The notes beneath the pieces are model-generated. The model made no database searches and had not been told where the DNA came from. It saw only the letters and a list, made by a program, of their open reading frames with translations. The translations under genes were made by a program, and so were the position numbers. DNA of 64,000 nucleotides from Candidatus Latescibacterota bacterium (GTDB lineage: Bacteria > Latescibacterota > UBA2968 > GCA-2709665). This document shows positions 1 to 10,038 of this stretch, piece by piece. How positions within the stretch are numbered: the first letter of the stretch is position 1; each line of letters begins with the position of its first letter. The stretch spans positions 256,001 through 320,000 of the forward strand of contig OZ244937.1 in the NCBI GenBank assembly GCA_965222075.1, read 5' to 3'.

Positions 1-1
1 C

Positions 2-607
2 GCCCTGTGCTGGCAGCCGCTCAACCATTTCAAAGGATTTGCCGTAACGGTGATGGTCCACGTGAACCGCCTGGGCGATTTTGTTCCGAAGGACAAACGC
101 CGGCTCTTCTGGGGGATCTGCGCGGCGTTCGTGATCGGAATGGTCGCCTCCACGTTCTATACCATCTGGCTGGGCTACACGATCGGAGGATACAACTTTC
201 TGCCCAACTGGCTGACTTTTGCAGGCAGGTGGACGTATCGGCGGGCCATCAACAGGATCGTAAGCCCCACCCCTTTGGAAACGGAGGATTATCTGTTCTT
301 TATTGGCGGAGCGGCCGCGATGATCGCCCTGAATCTGATGCGGTACCGCTTCACGTGGTGGCCGCTGCATCCGGTCGGGTTTGCGCTTTCGGGCACCTCG
401 CTGTTCCACCGGACGAGTACAACGATCTTCATCGCGTGGCTGGCCAAATTCCTTACGATCAGGCTGGCCGGCGCATCGTTCTACCGGAAATCGAAGCCGC
501 TTTTCATCGGGCTGCTGGCCGGCTTCATCTTAGCCGTGGCGGCAGGCATCGTAGTGGACGCCATCTGGTTCCCGAGCCGGGGGCACATTGTGCACAAGCC
601 GCACTGA
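2..607 (+). CDS. C-terminal part of DUF6785/DUF6784-like polytopic membrane protein (5' truncated by window edge)
   Basis: Open frame from base 2; hydrophobic helices; RYRFTWWPLHPVGF motif; paralogous to the C-terminus of 27654..29648. Confidence 0.75.
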   Translation, partial: ALCWQPLNHFKGFAVTVMVHVNRLGDFVPKDKRRLFWGICAAFVIGMVASTFYTIWLGYTIGGYNFLPNWLTFAGRWTYRRAINRIVSPTPLETEDYLFFIGGAAAMIALNLMRYRFTWWPLHPVGFALSGTSLFHRTSTTIFIAWLAKFLTIRLAGASFYRKSKPLFIGLLAGFILAVAAGIVVDAIWFPSRGHIVHKPH

Positions 608-629
608 GGATTCAGGGAGATAGAGGAAG

Positions 630-2138
630 TTGACGCGCTATCTCGAGTTCGTTCAGGCAGCGATGCAGACCCTTCTGGAGCGTCAGTCGGCCCGCCTGGG
701 TGGGGAACCGGACGGCACGCTGTGCATTACGGTGACAAGGCGGTCCAGCAAGACCAACCGGCGCGTACAGGTGACGAGGGAAGGGGCGTTTCGGGCTTCC
801 AGCCTGGTCGTCGAACAGCCGGTGGAGCAGAAGCCCTACCGGCTGGATCTGCACATGTGGCCGGTGCTGGAGCTGTTGTCAGACGTGACCGGCGATCCGA
901 AGTACCGACAGATGGCTATCGATATGGCCATCGCCACCGCGCGCTATGGATTCGAGCCGGTTTCAGGACTGGGCTACCTGGGAGTGACGGCCGAGTTCGA
1001 CGTGCTGCAGCTTCGACCCGTGGCCGAGTCAAGCCGGACAAAGCCGCTTTTCAAACCCGGTCCGGACCTGCCACTGGACAGGCTGTGGACGCAGGCCCCC
1101 GAACAGATGGCGCGCATGTTCAAGTCGGCCTATTACGCCCTGATCACCCGGCCCGGGGATATGGCCTACAACCGGACCTGCCCCTATGGGTTCAACGCCT
1201 CGAAGAAGCAGCCGGCCCTGGGTTTCAATTCCCAGCACGTGGGGTTCGCGCAGACCGGAGCGACGCTGATCCTCTGGTGGGGGTATCTCTTTGTGCGGAC
1301 GGGTGATGCCGAGTGCCTGGCGTGGGCGCAGGCAATGGCGGACAAGTGGCAGGCGGTGCAGCACCCGGACTCGGGTCTGGTGCCCCACTGCTTTGGCAGT
1401 GATCGGAGCGGAGAGCCCGTGCAGCCGCCCTGGGAGTACGCCAACAGCGAGGAGACGACGACGGGGATCCTGCTGCTTCAAGCTGCCTCGGAACTCGAAA
1501 AGCGTCCGGAAGGAAGGGCGCTTGCGGAGCAGATGAGAGGGATGGCAGAGCGGCTGCTGCACGGTATTGCTCGATATGGTTACGATTCCGAGAAGCGGAT
1601 CTTTCCCCAGTGGCTGTATCTGGACGGACGCGTCCCCCGGAAGACGGTATTCTATACCTTTCCCTCGCAGGAAGAGAAGGACCGGGCCATAAAGCAGGAC
1701 CCCCTGCTGGAGGAGGTGGTGGTCTATCCCGGGTCAGGTTTTTACACGGCGGGCCCTTGGGCGCTGGGTGTAAATAACCCAGTTCCTCTCCACCTTGCTC
1801 TGGCGGCCACGTGGATGGGTGATGCCGATCTGCTGGCGCGAGTTTCTGCGCTTGTTGCGGACATTATGGCGGAGGCGGAAGGACGCGCATCGGAGTTCAA
1901 TGCCCTGGATCAATGGACGTATCCGGCGACCGCCGGGTACATAAAGACGATGCTGATTCTTTATGATGCAAAGAAAGAAACGCATTATCTGGATTTTGCC
2001 AGGAGGCTGGCCGATATGGAGCTGGAATTTCTGAATCGGCCGATGCCGGAGGGAAAGCCGGAGTGGTGGCAAATGCCGTTCCGGAGCGAGCTGCTGGAGG
2101 CGCTGCTCCTATTGCACCGAGAGCTGGTTGAGGTGTAA
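630..2138 (+). CDS. hypothetical protein, possible (alpha/alpha)-toroid lyase-like fold
   Basis: 502-aa ORF with GAGGA RBS; repeated 'TGDPKY..A' and 'TGDAECL.WA' helical hairpin motifs. Confidence 0.6.
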   Translation: MTRYLEFVQAAMQTLLERQSARLGGEPDGTLCITVTRRSSKTNRRVQVTREGAFRASSLVVEQPVEQKPYRLDLHMWPVLELLSDVTGDPKYRQMAIDMAIATARYGFEPVSGLGYLGVTAEFDVLQLRPVAESSRTKPLFKPGPDLPLDRLWTQAPEQMARMFKSAYYALITRPGDMAYNRTCPYGFNASKKQPALGFNSQHVGFAQTGATLILWWGYLFVRTGDAECLAWAQAMADKWQAVQHPDSGLVPHCFGSDRSGEPVQPPWEYANSEETTTGILLLQAASELEKRPEGRALAEQMRGMAERLLHGIARYGYDSEKRIFPQWLYLDGRVPRKTVFYTFPSQEEKDRAIKQDPLLEEVVVYPGSGFYTAGPWALGVNNPVPLHLALAATWMGDADLLARVSALVADIMAEAEGRASEFNALDQWTYPATAGYIKTMLILYDAKKETHYLDFARRLADMELEFLNRPMPEGKPEWWQMPFRSELLEALLLLHRELVEV

Positions 2139-2266
2139 ACCGGAGACAGGTCTTTGGGGGGGGGGGGGACGGAAACGGATGAAAGGGAGATTTCACGTCT
2201 TGCGCAAGCCCTGTGACGGGGGGCGGAAATCCCGGGAAACCTGCAGGGGAGACAGGAGGCCACCCG

Positions 2267-3727
2267 ATGAACGTTGTTCTCATTATCGGCGATCGACATA
2301 ACCCGGAGTTCGCCGGCTGTTACGGCAATCCCATCACCCGCACGCCCCACATCGACACCATCGCCGAACGGGGCGCACGGTTCGACAGTGCTTACTGCAT
2401 CAGCCCTCTCTGTGTACCGGCGCGGGCGGCCATGATGAGCGGGCGCTACGTTCACGAGATCGGAAACTGGGACAATGCCTTTCCCTACACCGGCGTTCCC
2501 CGAGGTTGGGGACATTTCTTTGCCGAGCAGGGGGTGCAGTTGACCACGGTGGGCAAGCTGGACTTCAAGCCGGAGGCGGACCACGGTGTTCAGGAGGAGC
2601 GCCTGCCCTCTCACCGGGAGAGCCTGGACCCGCATTCTCTTTACCGTGAACAGGGTGTTCAAAGGCGCTACCACCACCTGCACCGGTTGCGTCTGGCCGG
2701 CCCGGCCGATGCGTCCAAGGAGGGATCGCGGGACGTTCAAGTGGCGGAGGATGCGGCCTGGTGGATTGCGGAGGAACGTCCGGCTGCCCGCCCTTGGATC
2801 CTGAGCGTCAACTTCAACGACCTCCACCGCTGGACTCCCGCACAGGAGCGCTGGGACTACTACGACCCCTTGGTCAAACTGGAGGATCTGGACGAACGCT
2901 ACGCTGAAGACCATTCGTATCTCCACCCCCATCATCGGGCGTGGGGTCACCGCAGTTGTGGAGACCTGATCCAGCCCGAAGAGCTTCGTCGGGGCCTGGT
3001 GGGCTATCACGGCATGTGCGAGACGATGGATCAAAACGTGGGCCGCGTGCTGCAGGCCCTGGAGGAGACGGGCATACTGGAGGAGACCCTTGTGATCTAC
3101 GCTTCGGACCACGGTGGGAGCTGCGGGGCGCACCGGATGCTGGACTACGGGTCCATGTATGACGACTCGATTCGCGTCCTTTTCGTTGCCGCAGGACCCG
3201 GCCTCCGCCCTGGAGCGGTGGAATCCATGCCGGTTTCCCACCACGACATGTATGCCACCATCTGTGAGGCCGTGGGCTTTGAGATGCCCGAACATATGCG
3301 GGGCGTCTCTCTGATGGGCCTGCTCCGAGGGGAGAAGGATGCATTGAAGCCCGCCTTCACGTTGTCAGAATATCACGGAGCCGGCTTTCCCAGCGGACTG
3401 TTCGCAGTTCGTTCCGGGCCGTACAAGCTTATCGAGTGTGTGGGCGAGCGTCCCATACTCTTCAACCTGGAGAAGGATCCCCACGAGATGCACGACTTGG
3501 TCTTGGAGCAAGGTGAGGATGCCGAAGTAAAGGCCACGGTCCGCTTGCTGCGGGCGATGCTCTGCAACATCTGTTCGCCAGAGGCCGTGGATGCGCGGGC
3601 GAAGGCGGACCAGCGGGAGCTCCGGCAGGAGCTGACCGAGAGCGGCCAGATCCTCCACGAGCTGTGGAGACGCGGGTACGAGCGGGATCCCGATCGAATG
3701 GTCTCCCGGCAGGAATTCATCGTGTAG
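2267..3727 (+). CDS. S1 family sulfatase (choline-sulfatase-like), paralogue 1
   Basis: CVPARAAMMSG (CxPxR), SDHG, LFNLEKDPHE motifs; AGGAGG RBS before ATG 2267. Confidence 0.9.
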   Translation: MNVVLIIGDRHNPEFAGCYGNPITRTPHIDTIAERGARFDSAYCISPLCVPARAAMMSGRYVHEIGNWDNAFPYTGVPRGWGHFFAEQGVQLTTVGKLDFKPEADHGVQEERLPSHRESLDPHSLYREQGVQRRYHHLHRLRLAGPADASKEGSRDVQVAEDAAWWIAEERPAARPWILSVNFNDLHRWTPAQERWDYYDPLVKLEDLDERYAEDHSYLHPHHRAWGHRSCGDLIQPEELRRGLVGYHGMCETMDQNVGRVLQALEETGILEETLVIYASDHGGSCGAHRMLDYGSMYDDSIRVLFVAAGPGLRPGAVESMPVSHHDMYATICEAVGFEMPEHMRGVSLMGLLRGEKDALKPAFTLSEYHGAGFPSGLFAVRSGPYKLIECVGERPILFNLEKDPHEMHDLVLEQGEDAEVKATVRLLRAMLCNICSPEAVDARAKADQRELRQELTESGQILHELWRRGYERDPDRMVSRQEFIV

Positions 3728-3735
3728 AAGGTGCA

Positions 3736-4659
3736 ATGGCGCAAGAACCTCTTTATGTGTGTATGACGATGGACGTGGAGCGGGCCTGTGAGGCCTGTGG
3801 AAGGGGGGGACCGCCTACGTGGGAGTTCGCCGAACGGTCGGTGCGGTCCTACTGCGGGCTTCTGGCCGAACATGGATTTCCCGCAACGTTGTTCGTGGTG
3901 CCTGATACTGCGACAGAACAGGGACGGATGTTGCTGGACGTGGCCCGGGAGACCGGAGCGGAACTGGGTATGCACATTCACCCACAACTCTGGAGGGATC
4001 ACTACAAACATCCGGAAGCCTGCGACTATCTGGGCGGCTATCCGGCGGAGGCGCAGTACCAAATGCTATCAGAAGCGTTGGAACAGGTAAGCGAGGGTAT
4101 CGGGATGAAGCCCAGAGCGTTCCGTCCGGGAAACTGTTCGGCCAACGACGACACCTTTGGCGTACTGGTGGAACTGGGGTTCACGCACGGAAGCGTGAGT
4201 CAGCCCGGGCGCGCAGTCTCCCGGGTAAAAGCGGTCTGGCAGGACGCGTGTCCTGACGTGCATCGGGCACACCGAGCCTTTCGCATGGTACCGGGGGACC
4301 TGGATTTTATCGAGGTTCCGATCACAAGCGACCGGAAACGGACCGATCACTGGACAGGGGTTGGCGACGTGCGGTTTGAACGAACAACCCCAAAATCGCT
4401 GACACAGGCGGTGCGCCAGGAAGTGTTCCGGCAGGTGGAGCAGAAGACCTCTCTCAAGCACGTCTGTCTGTTTACACACAACACGTTCAACTACTGGTCA
4501 GCGGAAGACTCAGAAGAGGGGAAGCGGGGAGTGGTGGAGGCGACGATTCCCGGGCTCCGAGAGATTGCGGACGAGTTTGGGCTGGAGGTAAAAGGGGCGA
4601 CAATTGCCCAGGTGCGGGAGGCGTTTCTGGAGGTGGAAAAGTTGAGCGAAAAAGGTTGA
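3736..4659 (+). CDS. polysaccharide deacetylase (NodB/CE4-like)
   Basis: TMDVE, ATLFV, MHIHP, FRPG motifs. Confidence 0.75.
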   Translation: MAQEPLYVCMTMDVERACEACGRGGPPTWEFAERSVRSYCGLLAEHGFPATLFVVPDTATEQGRMLLDVARETGAELGMHIHPQLWRDHYKHPEACDYLGGYPAEAQYQMLSEALEQVSEGIGMKPRAFRPGNCSANDDTFGVLVELGFTHGSVSQPGRAVSRVKAVWQDACPDVHRAHRAFRMVPGDLDFIEVPITSDRKRTDHWTGVGDVRFERTTPKSLTQAVRQEVFRQVEQKTSLKHVCLFTHNTFNYWSAEDSEEGKRGVVEATIPGLREIADEFGLEVKGATIAQVREAFLEVEKLSEKG

Positions 4660-4661
4660 GT

Positions 4662-6494
4662 ATGGCCAGGAAAAACACAGAGCCGATATGTGTGTTACGG
4701 CGGCGGTGTCCGGAGGCGCCGTTCAATGCTTACGTGGAGGAAATCCTCCAGATGGAGGGGTATTTCTGTTACCGGGTGGAGGATGTGACGGACCGGGAGA
4801 TCGAAGATGGGGTGCTGAGGGATGTTCCGGTGGCGCTGCTGACGCGGATGGCGCTGTTGGAAGGGGAGATGGAGGCGCTTGCTCGCTACGTGGAGCGGGG
4901 AGGGAGGCTGATCGCGTTTCGGCCGCCGGCGGCGCTGGCGGGGCTGTTTGGGGTGTCGGAGGTGAAGGGGGTGCAGGGGACCTATAGTCTGGCGTGCGAG
5001 GGGTTTGTGGTGGTGGACCGGGAGCATCATCCGGCCACGAGGGGGTTTCCGGAGAGCGGGATGCAGTTCAAGGGAGACGCGGAGCTTTACATGCCCGAGG
5101 AGGCGAACCGGGTGGCGTCGTTTTGTACGGAGCCGGAGGGGTTGTTGCCGTTTGCGGGGGTGTCGGTGTGGTATCGTGGGGGAGGGGCGGCTGTGCTGTT
5201 TGCGTATGATGTGGTGGAGACGGTGGTGAAGCTGCACCAGGGGAACCCGGAACAGGCGTCGGACGGGAGCCGGCCGGACGCGGACCGGGATAACAAGTAT
5301 ACACAGAACGACCACTTCGTGGGTGAGACGGACCCTCGGATGAAGCTGGTGCCGCAGGCGGATCTGCACCAGGACCTGCTGGTGCGGATGCTGCGGTATG
5401 TGACGGACGATGCGCTACCGCTGCTGCGGGTGTGGCACTACCCGGAGGGGAAGCCGTCGGCGGTGTTTCTGAATGGGGACAGCGACGGGATGGTGGATGG
5501 GGACCTGCAGCGGCTGGAGGGGCTGATCCGCCGGTATCGGGCGCAGTTTACGGTATATGTGATGGAAGAGCATTTTCGTCTGTTTCCGGGGGGTGCGATA
5601 CAGGATTTGAAGGGTCGGGGTCTGGACTTTGGTCCGCACCCGTTTTGTGGGAGTCGGAAGCCGACGGTGGAGGAGATGGGGTGTCACCTGGAGACGATCT
5701 CGCGGGATTTCGAGCGGCACTTCGGATACCGCGCCACGAGCACGCGCAACCACAATGTTGTGTGTCCCGGGTGGACGGGGACGTTCGAACATCTGAGCCG
5801 GCTGGGTTACCGGATCGATACGAACCACATTCCGACCCGTCACTTTTATCCGGGGTATCTGTCGGGGAGCGGTCTGCCGTTCCGGTGTATCGACCGAAAC
5901 GGGAAGGTGGTGGATATCTACGAGCAGAACACGATCTTGATCGATGATTCGAAGCTTCACAAACTGCTGCAGCCAACCATGTCGCTGGATGAGGCGCTGG
6001 AGGTGGAGCAGAGCGTGTTCACAGACTGTGTGGAGCGCTACCACACGGTTTTTCACCACTACTTCCACCCACGCTCACAGCAGGATGGGCACTCGAACAA
6101 GTACGGGTATCCCGATGGAAACTACCCGGCGAAGGCACTCTGTCAGGCGCTGAAGCTGACGCGGGAGCACGGGCTTTCCACGTTCACGGGGGAGGCGTGG
6201 GCGGCCTTCAACGACGGGAGGCGGGCGGTGCGGATCCGGGTGCTGGAGGCGAGCGGCGGGCGCTGTGGGTTTGAGGTGGCGTCGGAGCGGGATGTGGAGG
6301 GGCTGACGCTGATGCTGCCGGGGTGGAGCGACGGGCGGGAGCTGTTGTCGGTGACGGTGGACGGACGGTGCGCTCAGGTCAGATCCGAGCAGTGGGAAGG
6401 GCTGCCCTGGGGGATCTGGACAATGGATGTCAAGGCGGACCATGAGTACAGGGTAGAGGGGTTGTACGGAGAGGGCAAGCAAGCATTGCTGTGA
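4662..6494 (+). CDS. hypothetical: class I amidotransferase-like N-domain plus deacetylase-like barrel
   Basis: YVERGGRLI, GDSD, GPHP, RNHN motifs; same architecture as 32025..33836. Confidence 0.6.
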   Translation: MARKNTEPICVLRRRCPEAPFNAYVEEILQMEGYFCYRVEDVTDREIEDGVLRDVPVALLTRMALLEGEMEALARYVERGGRLIAFRPPAALAGLFGVSEVKGVQGTYSLACEGFVVVDREHHPATRGFPESGMQFKGDAELYMPEEANRVASFCTEPEGLLPFAGVSVWYRGGGAAVLFAYDVVETVVKLHQGNPEQASDGSRPDADRDNKYTQNDHFVGETDPRMKLVPQADLHQDLLVRMLRYVTDDALPLLRVWHYPEGKPSAVFLNGDSDGMVDGDLQRLEGLIRRYRAQFTVYVMEEHFRLFPGGAIQDLKGRGLDFGPHPFCGSRKPTVEEMGCHLETISRDFERHFGYRATSTRNHNVVCPGWTGTFEHLSRLGYRIDTNHIPTRHFYPGYLSGSGLPFRCIDRNGKVVDIYEQNTILIDDSKLHKLLQPTMSLDEALEVEQSVFTDCVERYHTVFHHYFHPRSQQDGHSNKYGYPDGNYPAKALCQALKLTREHGLSTFTGEAWAAFNDGRRAVRIRVLEASGGRCGFEVASERDVEGLTLMLPGWSDGRELLSVTVDGRCAQVRSEQWEGLPWGIWTMDVKADHEYRVEGLYGEGKQALL

Positions 6495-6567
6495 TCCAGT
6501 CCCTGCGCACGCATGCGATCAGCGTGGTGCACCTGTGGGGCGACGTGGCGGATATGGACGAAAATCT

Positions 6568-8700
6568 ATGATTCCTGAAGTCTGGCTGTACAGACACGAT
6601 GAAGTCCGCACAGGCCGGCTTTGCGGGGTTGACGTGGACGAGGCGGACTGGCTCTGGGAGGGGTGCGGACGCAACCGCCTGGCCGGGCATAATCTGCGTA
6701 CGGCCGAGTGGGTGCAAATCCCGGTGCCCGAGATGGACTACCGGTGGGTGCACCAGGTATTCGCGTTGGAGGGAAAGCTGGTGCTCACGCTGGGGGACGC
6801 GCCGTATTACCTGGTTTACAACCCGAAAAAGCGGACTTGCGTCCGGCAGGAGATTCCGGCCAGGCAGCCGATCGTGCGGTACGGGACGAAGACGCGCAGC
6901 GGAAAGCTGCTCCTGTTCGAGCGCTCGGGATCGAAGGCGCTGGTGCTGGATGGCCCGGAGGCGGAGCCGCGCGCGATCGGATGTCCGTTCGACGGGGAGC
7001 TAACCAGCGGGTGGGCGCTGAGTGACGGGTATGTCTACTGCCCGCTGGAAGACCCCGCCCGGGTCGTGCGCTTCGATCCGGTGGACGAGCGGTTCGTGGA
7101 CGAAAACACCGCGCCTTTTCCAGAAGCGGATCTGGCCGGACACCTTGAATACGAAGGGATCCTCTACGCGTGGGATACGGTGGGGGGGCAGGTGACGCCG
7201 GTGGAGATGGAGACGGGGCGGTGGCTGGAACCGATCCCGACGCCAGACCACGGAAGTCTCTACGGATCCATACGGGGTGGATTTGGTTTTCGGGGGAAGG
7301 CGTATATGGGCCTGAGCACTTACGCGCACCGGAACCGGCTGGACTCGAAGGCGGGAGAGGGGATCCCCTCAGATGGGCGGCTGACGGTGGACGGACGGCC
7401 GCTTCTGGACCGGTTCCTGGTGTTCGACCCCGGAACGGGGGCATTCGGCTACCTGACCGCTCCCGAGCAGCACGACGGCATCCCGTTGCTGTGCCATAGC
7501 TGGACAGATGGGGATCGGTTCGCGGTTACGGGGATCGTGGTCCCCCACGCGGAGCCGGGGGCGCCGGGACGCATCTTCGGACCCTGGATTGTGCTGCAGA
7601 ACGGGCCTGCGACGGAGGAGCCGGAGTTCGGACCGCCCGACATGGCGTTCGACCGGGAGGCGCACCTGGCGCGCTACCGGCGAAGCTACGGGATAGACCG
7701 GTCCCTGTACCTGTTCAAGCCAGGACAGTCGCCGCCGCTGGCGAACCTGCAGGGGGCCGTTTCGCACTACTCACCGGGCGGAGAGGCTGAGATTGTCCGG
7801 CGGGCAAAGAAGACGGATCGGAAGGCATACCTGTCCCACATCGCAGAGACCCTGGCTCGGGAGGCGGATGGGGATGCCGATCTCGTGAGGCGGGTGGCGA
7901 AGTTTGTGCACCATACGCTTTATTACAACCCGATCCAGGTGCCGGAGTGCGACCGGAGGTTTTTCGGGAAGTTTACAGAGACCGATCCCCTGGTATTCCT
8001 CGAGGCGCACGACGGGCGCTGCGGCCACGGGGTGACCGTGACGCAGGCGCTGCTGGAGATCCTGGGAATCCCGGTCAGACGGGTGCAACTTTCCCACCAC
8101 GTGGTGGCGGAGGCGACGTATGATGCGGGAGATCATATCGTGGACGCGCTTTTTTTTGGGAAGAATCAGCCGCAGCGGAACGGTCGGGTGCTGTCGGTGG
8201 ATGAACTGGTTTCAGACCCCTACTTCGCAGACGCGTTCGCCCGGGAGTGTTTTGCCTACGATCCGGAGTTGCTGATGAGCATCGATGGATTCCAGGTGCT
8301 GGGGTTCGTCATCGGCCCCTGGGGATCGGAGCCCTACTATTCCTTTTATCTCCACGCAGAAAAGGAGCATCCTCCCACCCTGCCCCACTGGGTGCCGGCG
8401 GAGCGGGTGGGGAAGAAGTCCATCCGCCTGAATTGGGCCGTATCACGAAAGAAAGGCGGAGGGCGGGTGGAGTACGATATCGGGGTTTTCTCGGACCGGG
8501 CATGCACGGAGGAGATCTTTCGCGTGACGACGGAAGAGACGTCTCTGGTTTATGAGGTGCCGGAGCCGAACCGGATGTATTTCGTGGAGACACGCGCGAT
8601 GGACGACCACCGGAAGGTGAATCCCGATACGTGGTACCCGGCGGTTCGGTCCAATTTCGTGCTGGCGGACGAGGAGTACGGGTGGTACGGGGTGCTGTGA
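6568..8700 (+). CDS. hypothetical: beta-propeller, transglutaminase-like core and FN3-like tail
   Basis: DGRCGHG, HHVVAE and VDALF give a Cys-His-Asp order; C-terminal 'LNW...YDI...YFVETRAMD'. Confidence 0.55.
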   Translation: MIPEVWLYRHDEVRTGRLCGVDVDEADWLWEGCGRNRLAGHNLRTAEWVQIPVPEMDYRWVHQVFALEGKLVLTLGDAPYYLVYNPKKRTCVRQEIPARQPIVRYGTKTRSGKLLLFERSGSKALVLDGPEAEPRAIGCPFDGELTSGWALSDGYVYCPLEDPARVVRFDPVDERFVDENTAPFPEADLAGHLEYEGILYAWDTVGGQVTPVEMETGRWLEPIPTPDHGSLYGSIRGGFGFRGKAYMGLSTYAHRNRLDSKAGEGIPSDGRLTVDGRPLLDRFLVFDPGTGAFGYLTAPEQHDGIPLLCHSWTDGDRFAVTGIVVPHAEPGAPGRIFGPWIVLQNGPATEEPEFGPPDMAFDREAHLARYRRSYGIDRSLYLFKPGQSPPLANLQGAVSHYSPGGEAEIVRRAKKTDRKAYLSHIAETLAREADGDADLVRRVAKFVHHTLYYNPIQVPECDRRFFGKFTETDPLVFLEAHDGRCGHGVTVTQALLEILGIPVRRVQLSHHVVAEATYDAGDHIVDALFFGKNQPQRNGRVLSVDELVSDPYFADAFARECFAYDPELLMSIDGFQVLGFVIGPWGSEPYYSFYLHAEKEHPPTLPHWVPAERVGKKSIRLNWAVSRKKGGGRVEYDIGVFSDRACTEEIFRVTTEETSLVYEVPEPNRMYFVETRAMDDHRKVNPDTWYPAVRSNFVLADEEYGWYGVL

Positions 8701-8725
8701 GGGAAGGGCACGGGTAAAATCCCGG

Positions 8726-10003
8726 ATGACCCGAAGTGAAAGGAGGTTTGCTGTGGCCTTGGATTCCGAACCGACCGTCGGCGCACCACGGGCCCTGGGG
8801 GCATGGTCGATCATCGACGACCCTACCGCGTTCAACGCCACGACCAACTCGCACAACCGAAAGATTGTAGAGGCCGGGCCCTATGTGTTCGTGGGCTATC
8901 GGGACGGGGAGAGCCTGTGCCGGGTTGCGAAGAGCCGGGATGCGGGGGATACCTGGGAGCAGGTGGATCTGCCGAGGCTGGCTGGCGTGCAGGCGCCGGT
9001 GCTGGCGGCCGATCGGGACGGGTGCGTGCACCTGATGTACCGGCTCGAGAATTCTACGATGCGCTATCTGCGTTTCAGCCCGGATGACGACTGGTCGGCG
9101 CCGGAGGTGAATCAGCAGAGTGTGCAGGCCGGAGCAAAGTACACCCTGGAATACGATGCGGTCCACGATCTGCTGTATTTCTCGCACCGGGTGGAGGGGA
9201 ACCTGTGCATCGCGGTCCTGGATAAGGACGGAAAGGTCGTGCGGGACGTGCGGATCGTGGATACGGATCGGCAGGGCAAAGTCCCTGACTACAAGGACCC
9301 GCATTATCAAAGTATGTTTGCGGACACGGAAGGATGGTTACACGTAATCTATACCTGTACGGATTTCCACCTCAACGCACAGCCTCCCCATCCCAGGTAC
9401 CGTTACCAATCGGTCCGCTACCTGCGCACCCGAGATCAGGGGCTGTGCTGGGAACGGGCGGGCGGAACAGAGCTGGACGTCCCGTATGAGATCGGGAAGG
9501 ACGCACCGGATACGCGCGTGAACACGGAGGCCGAAGAAAAAGCCAGCCCGGTCTGGGGGGCAAGCCTTGCGGTCACCAACGGCCAGGTCCACGTTCTGTA
9601 TTCGCTTATGGAGCAGCCATCCAGGGCAATGTACGCTCGCCTGGACAGGAAGACTGGACAGGTGGCGGCCCGCGCCGAACTGCCCCTGGACGGTACCGCT
9701 AACGCCCTGGCTGTGGATCCGAACGCAAGGGTGAACAGCCCGGCGCCGGTGTGCGCGTTCGGGATCCTCCAGCATCGCCCTGCCCTCGCCGTGACGCTGG
9801 ACAACGGGGACTCGTGGCGCTTGGCGGGCCATCTTCCAGAGGTGCCGATTCGTCCGGGCTACCAGATTCACTGGACCACCTCCATGTCCTGCCTTTCACG
9901 GGAGGGGTATGTGTACAGCGCGTTCACCGAGCGCGTACCCGGGGTGCCGGAGAACAAACTGGACGGGGGGCGGACGTTTTTCGCGCGCTGGCGCTTGGCT
10001 TAA
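8726..10003 (+). CDS. BNR/Asp-box (sialidase-like) beta-propeller protein
   Basis: Asp boxes SRDAGDTW, TRDQGLCW, TLDNGDSW; start may be GTG 8753. Confidence 0.7.
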   Translation: MTRSERRFAVALDSEPTVGAPRALGAWSIIDDPTAFNATTNSHNRKIVEAGPYVFVGYRDGESLCRVAKSRDAGDTWEQVDLPRLAGVQAPVLAADRDGCVHLMYRLENSTMRYLRFSPDDDWSAPEVNQQSVQAGAKYTLEYDAVHDLLYFSHRVEGNLCIAVLDKDGKVVRDVRIVDTDRQGKVPDYKDPHYQSMFADTEGWLHVIYTCTDFHLNAQPPHPRYRYQSVRYLRTRDQGLCWERAGGTELDVPYEIGKDAPDTRVNTEAEEKASPVWGASLAVTNGQVHVLYSLMEQPSRAMYARLDRKTGQVAARAELPLDGTANALAVDPNARVNSPAPVCAFGILQHRPALAVTLDNGDSWRLAGHLPEVPIRPGYQIHWTTSMSCLSREGYVYSAFTERVPGVPENKLDGGRTFFARWRLA

Positions 10004-10038
10004 GACGGGCTAACCATTGTGACTCAAAGGGGTTTCTG

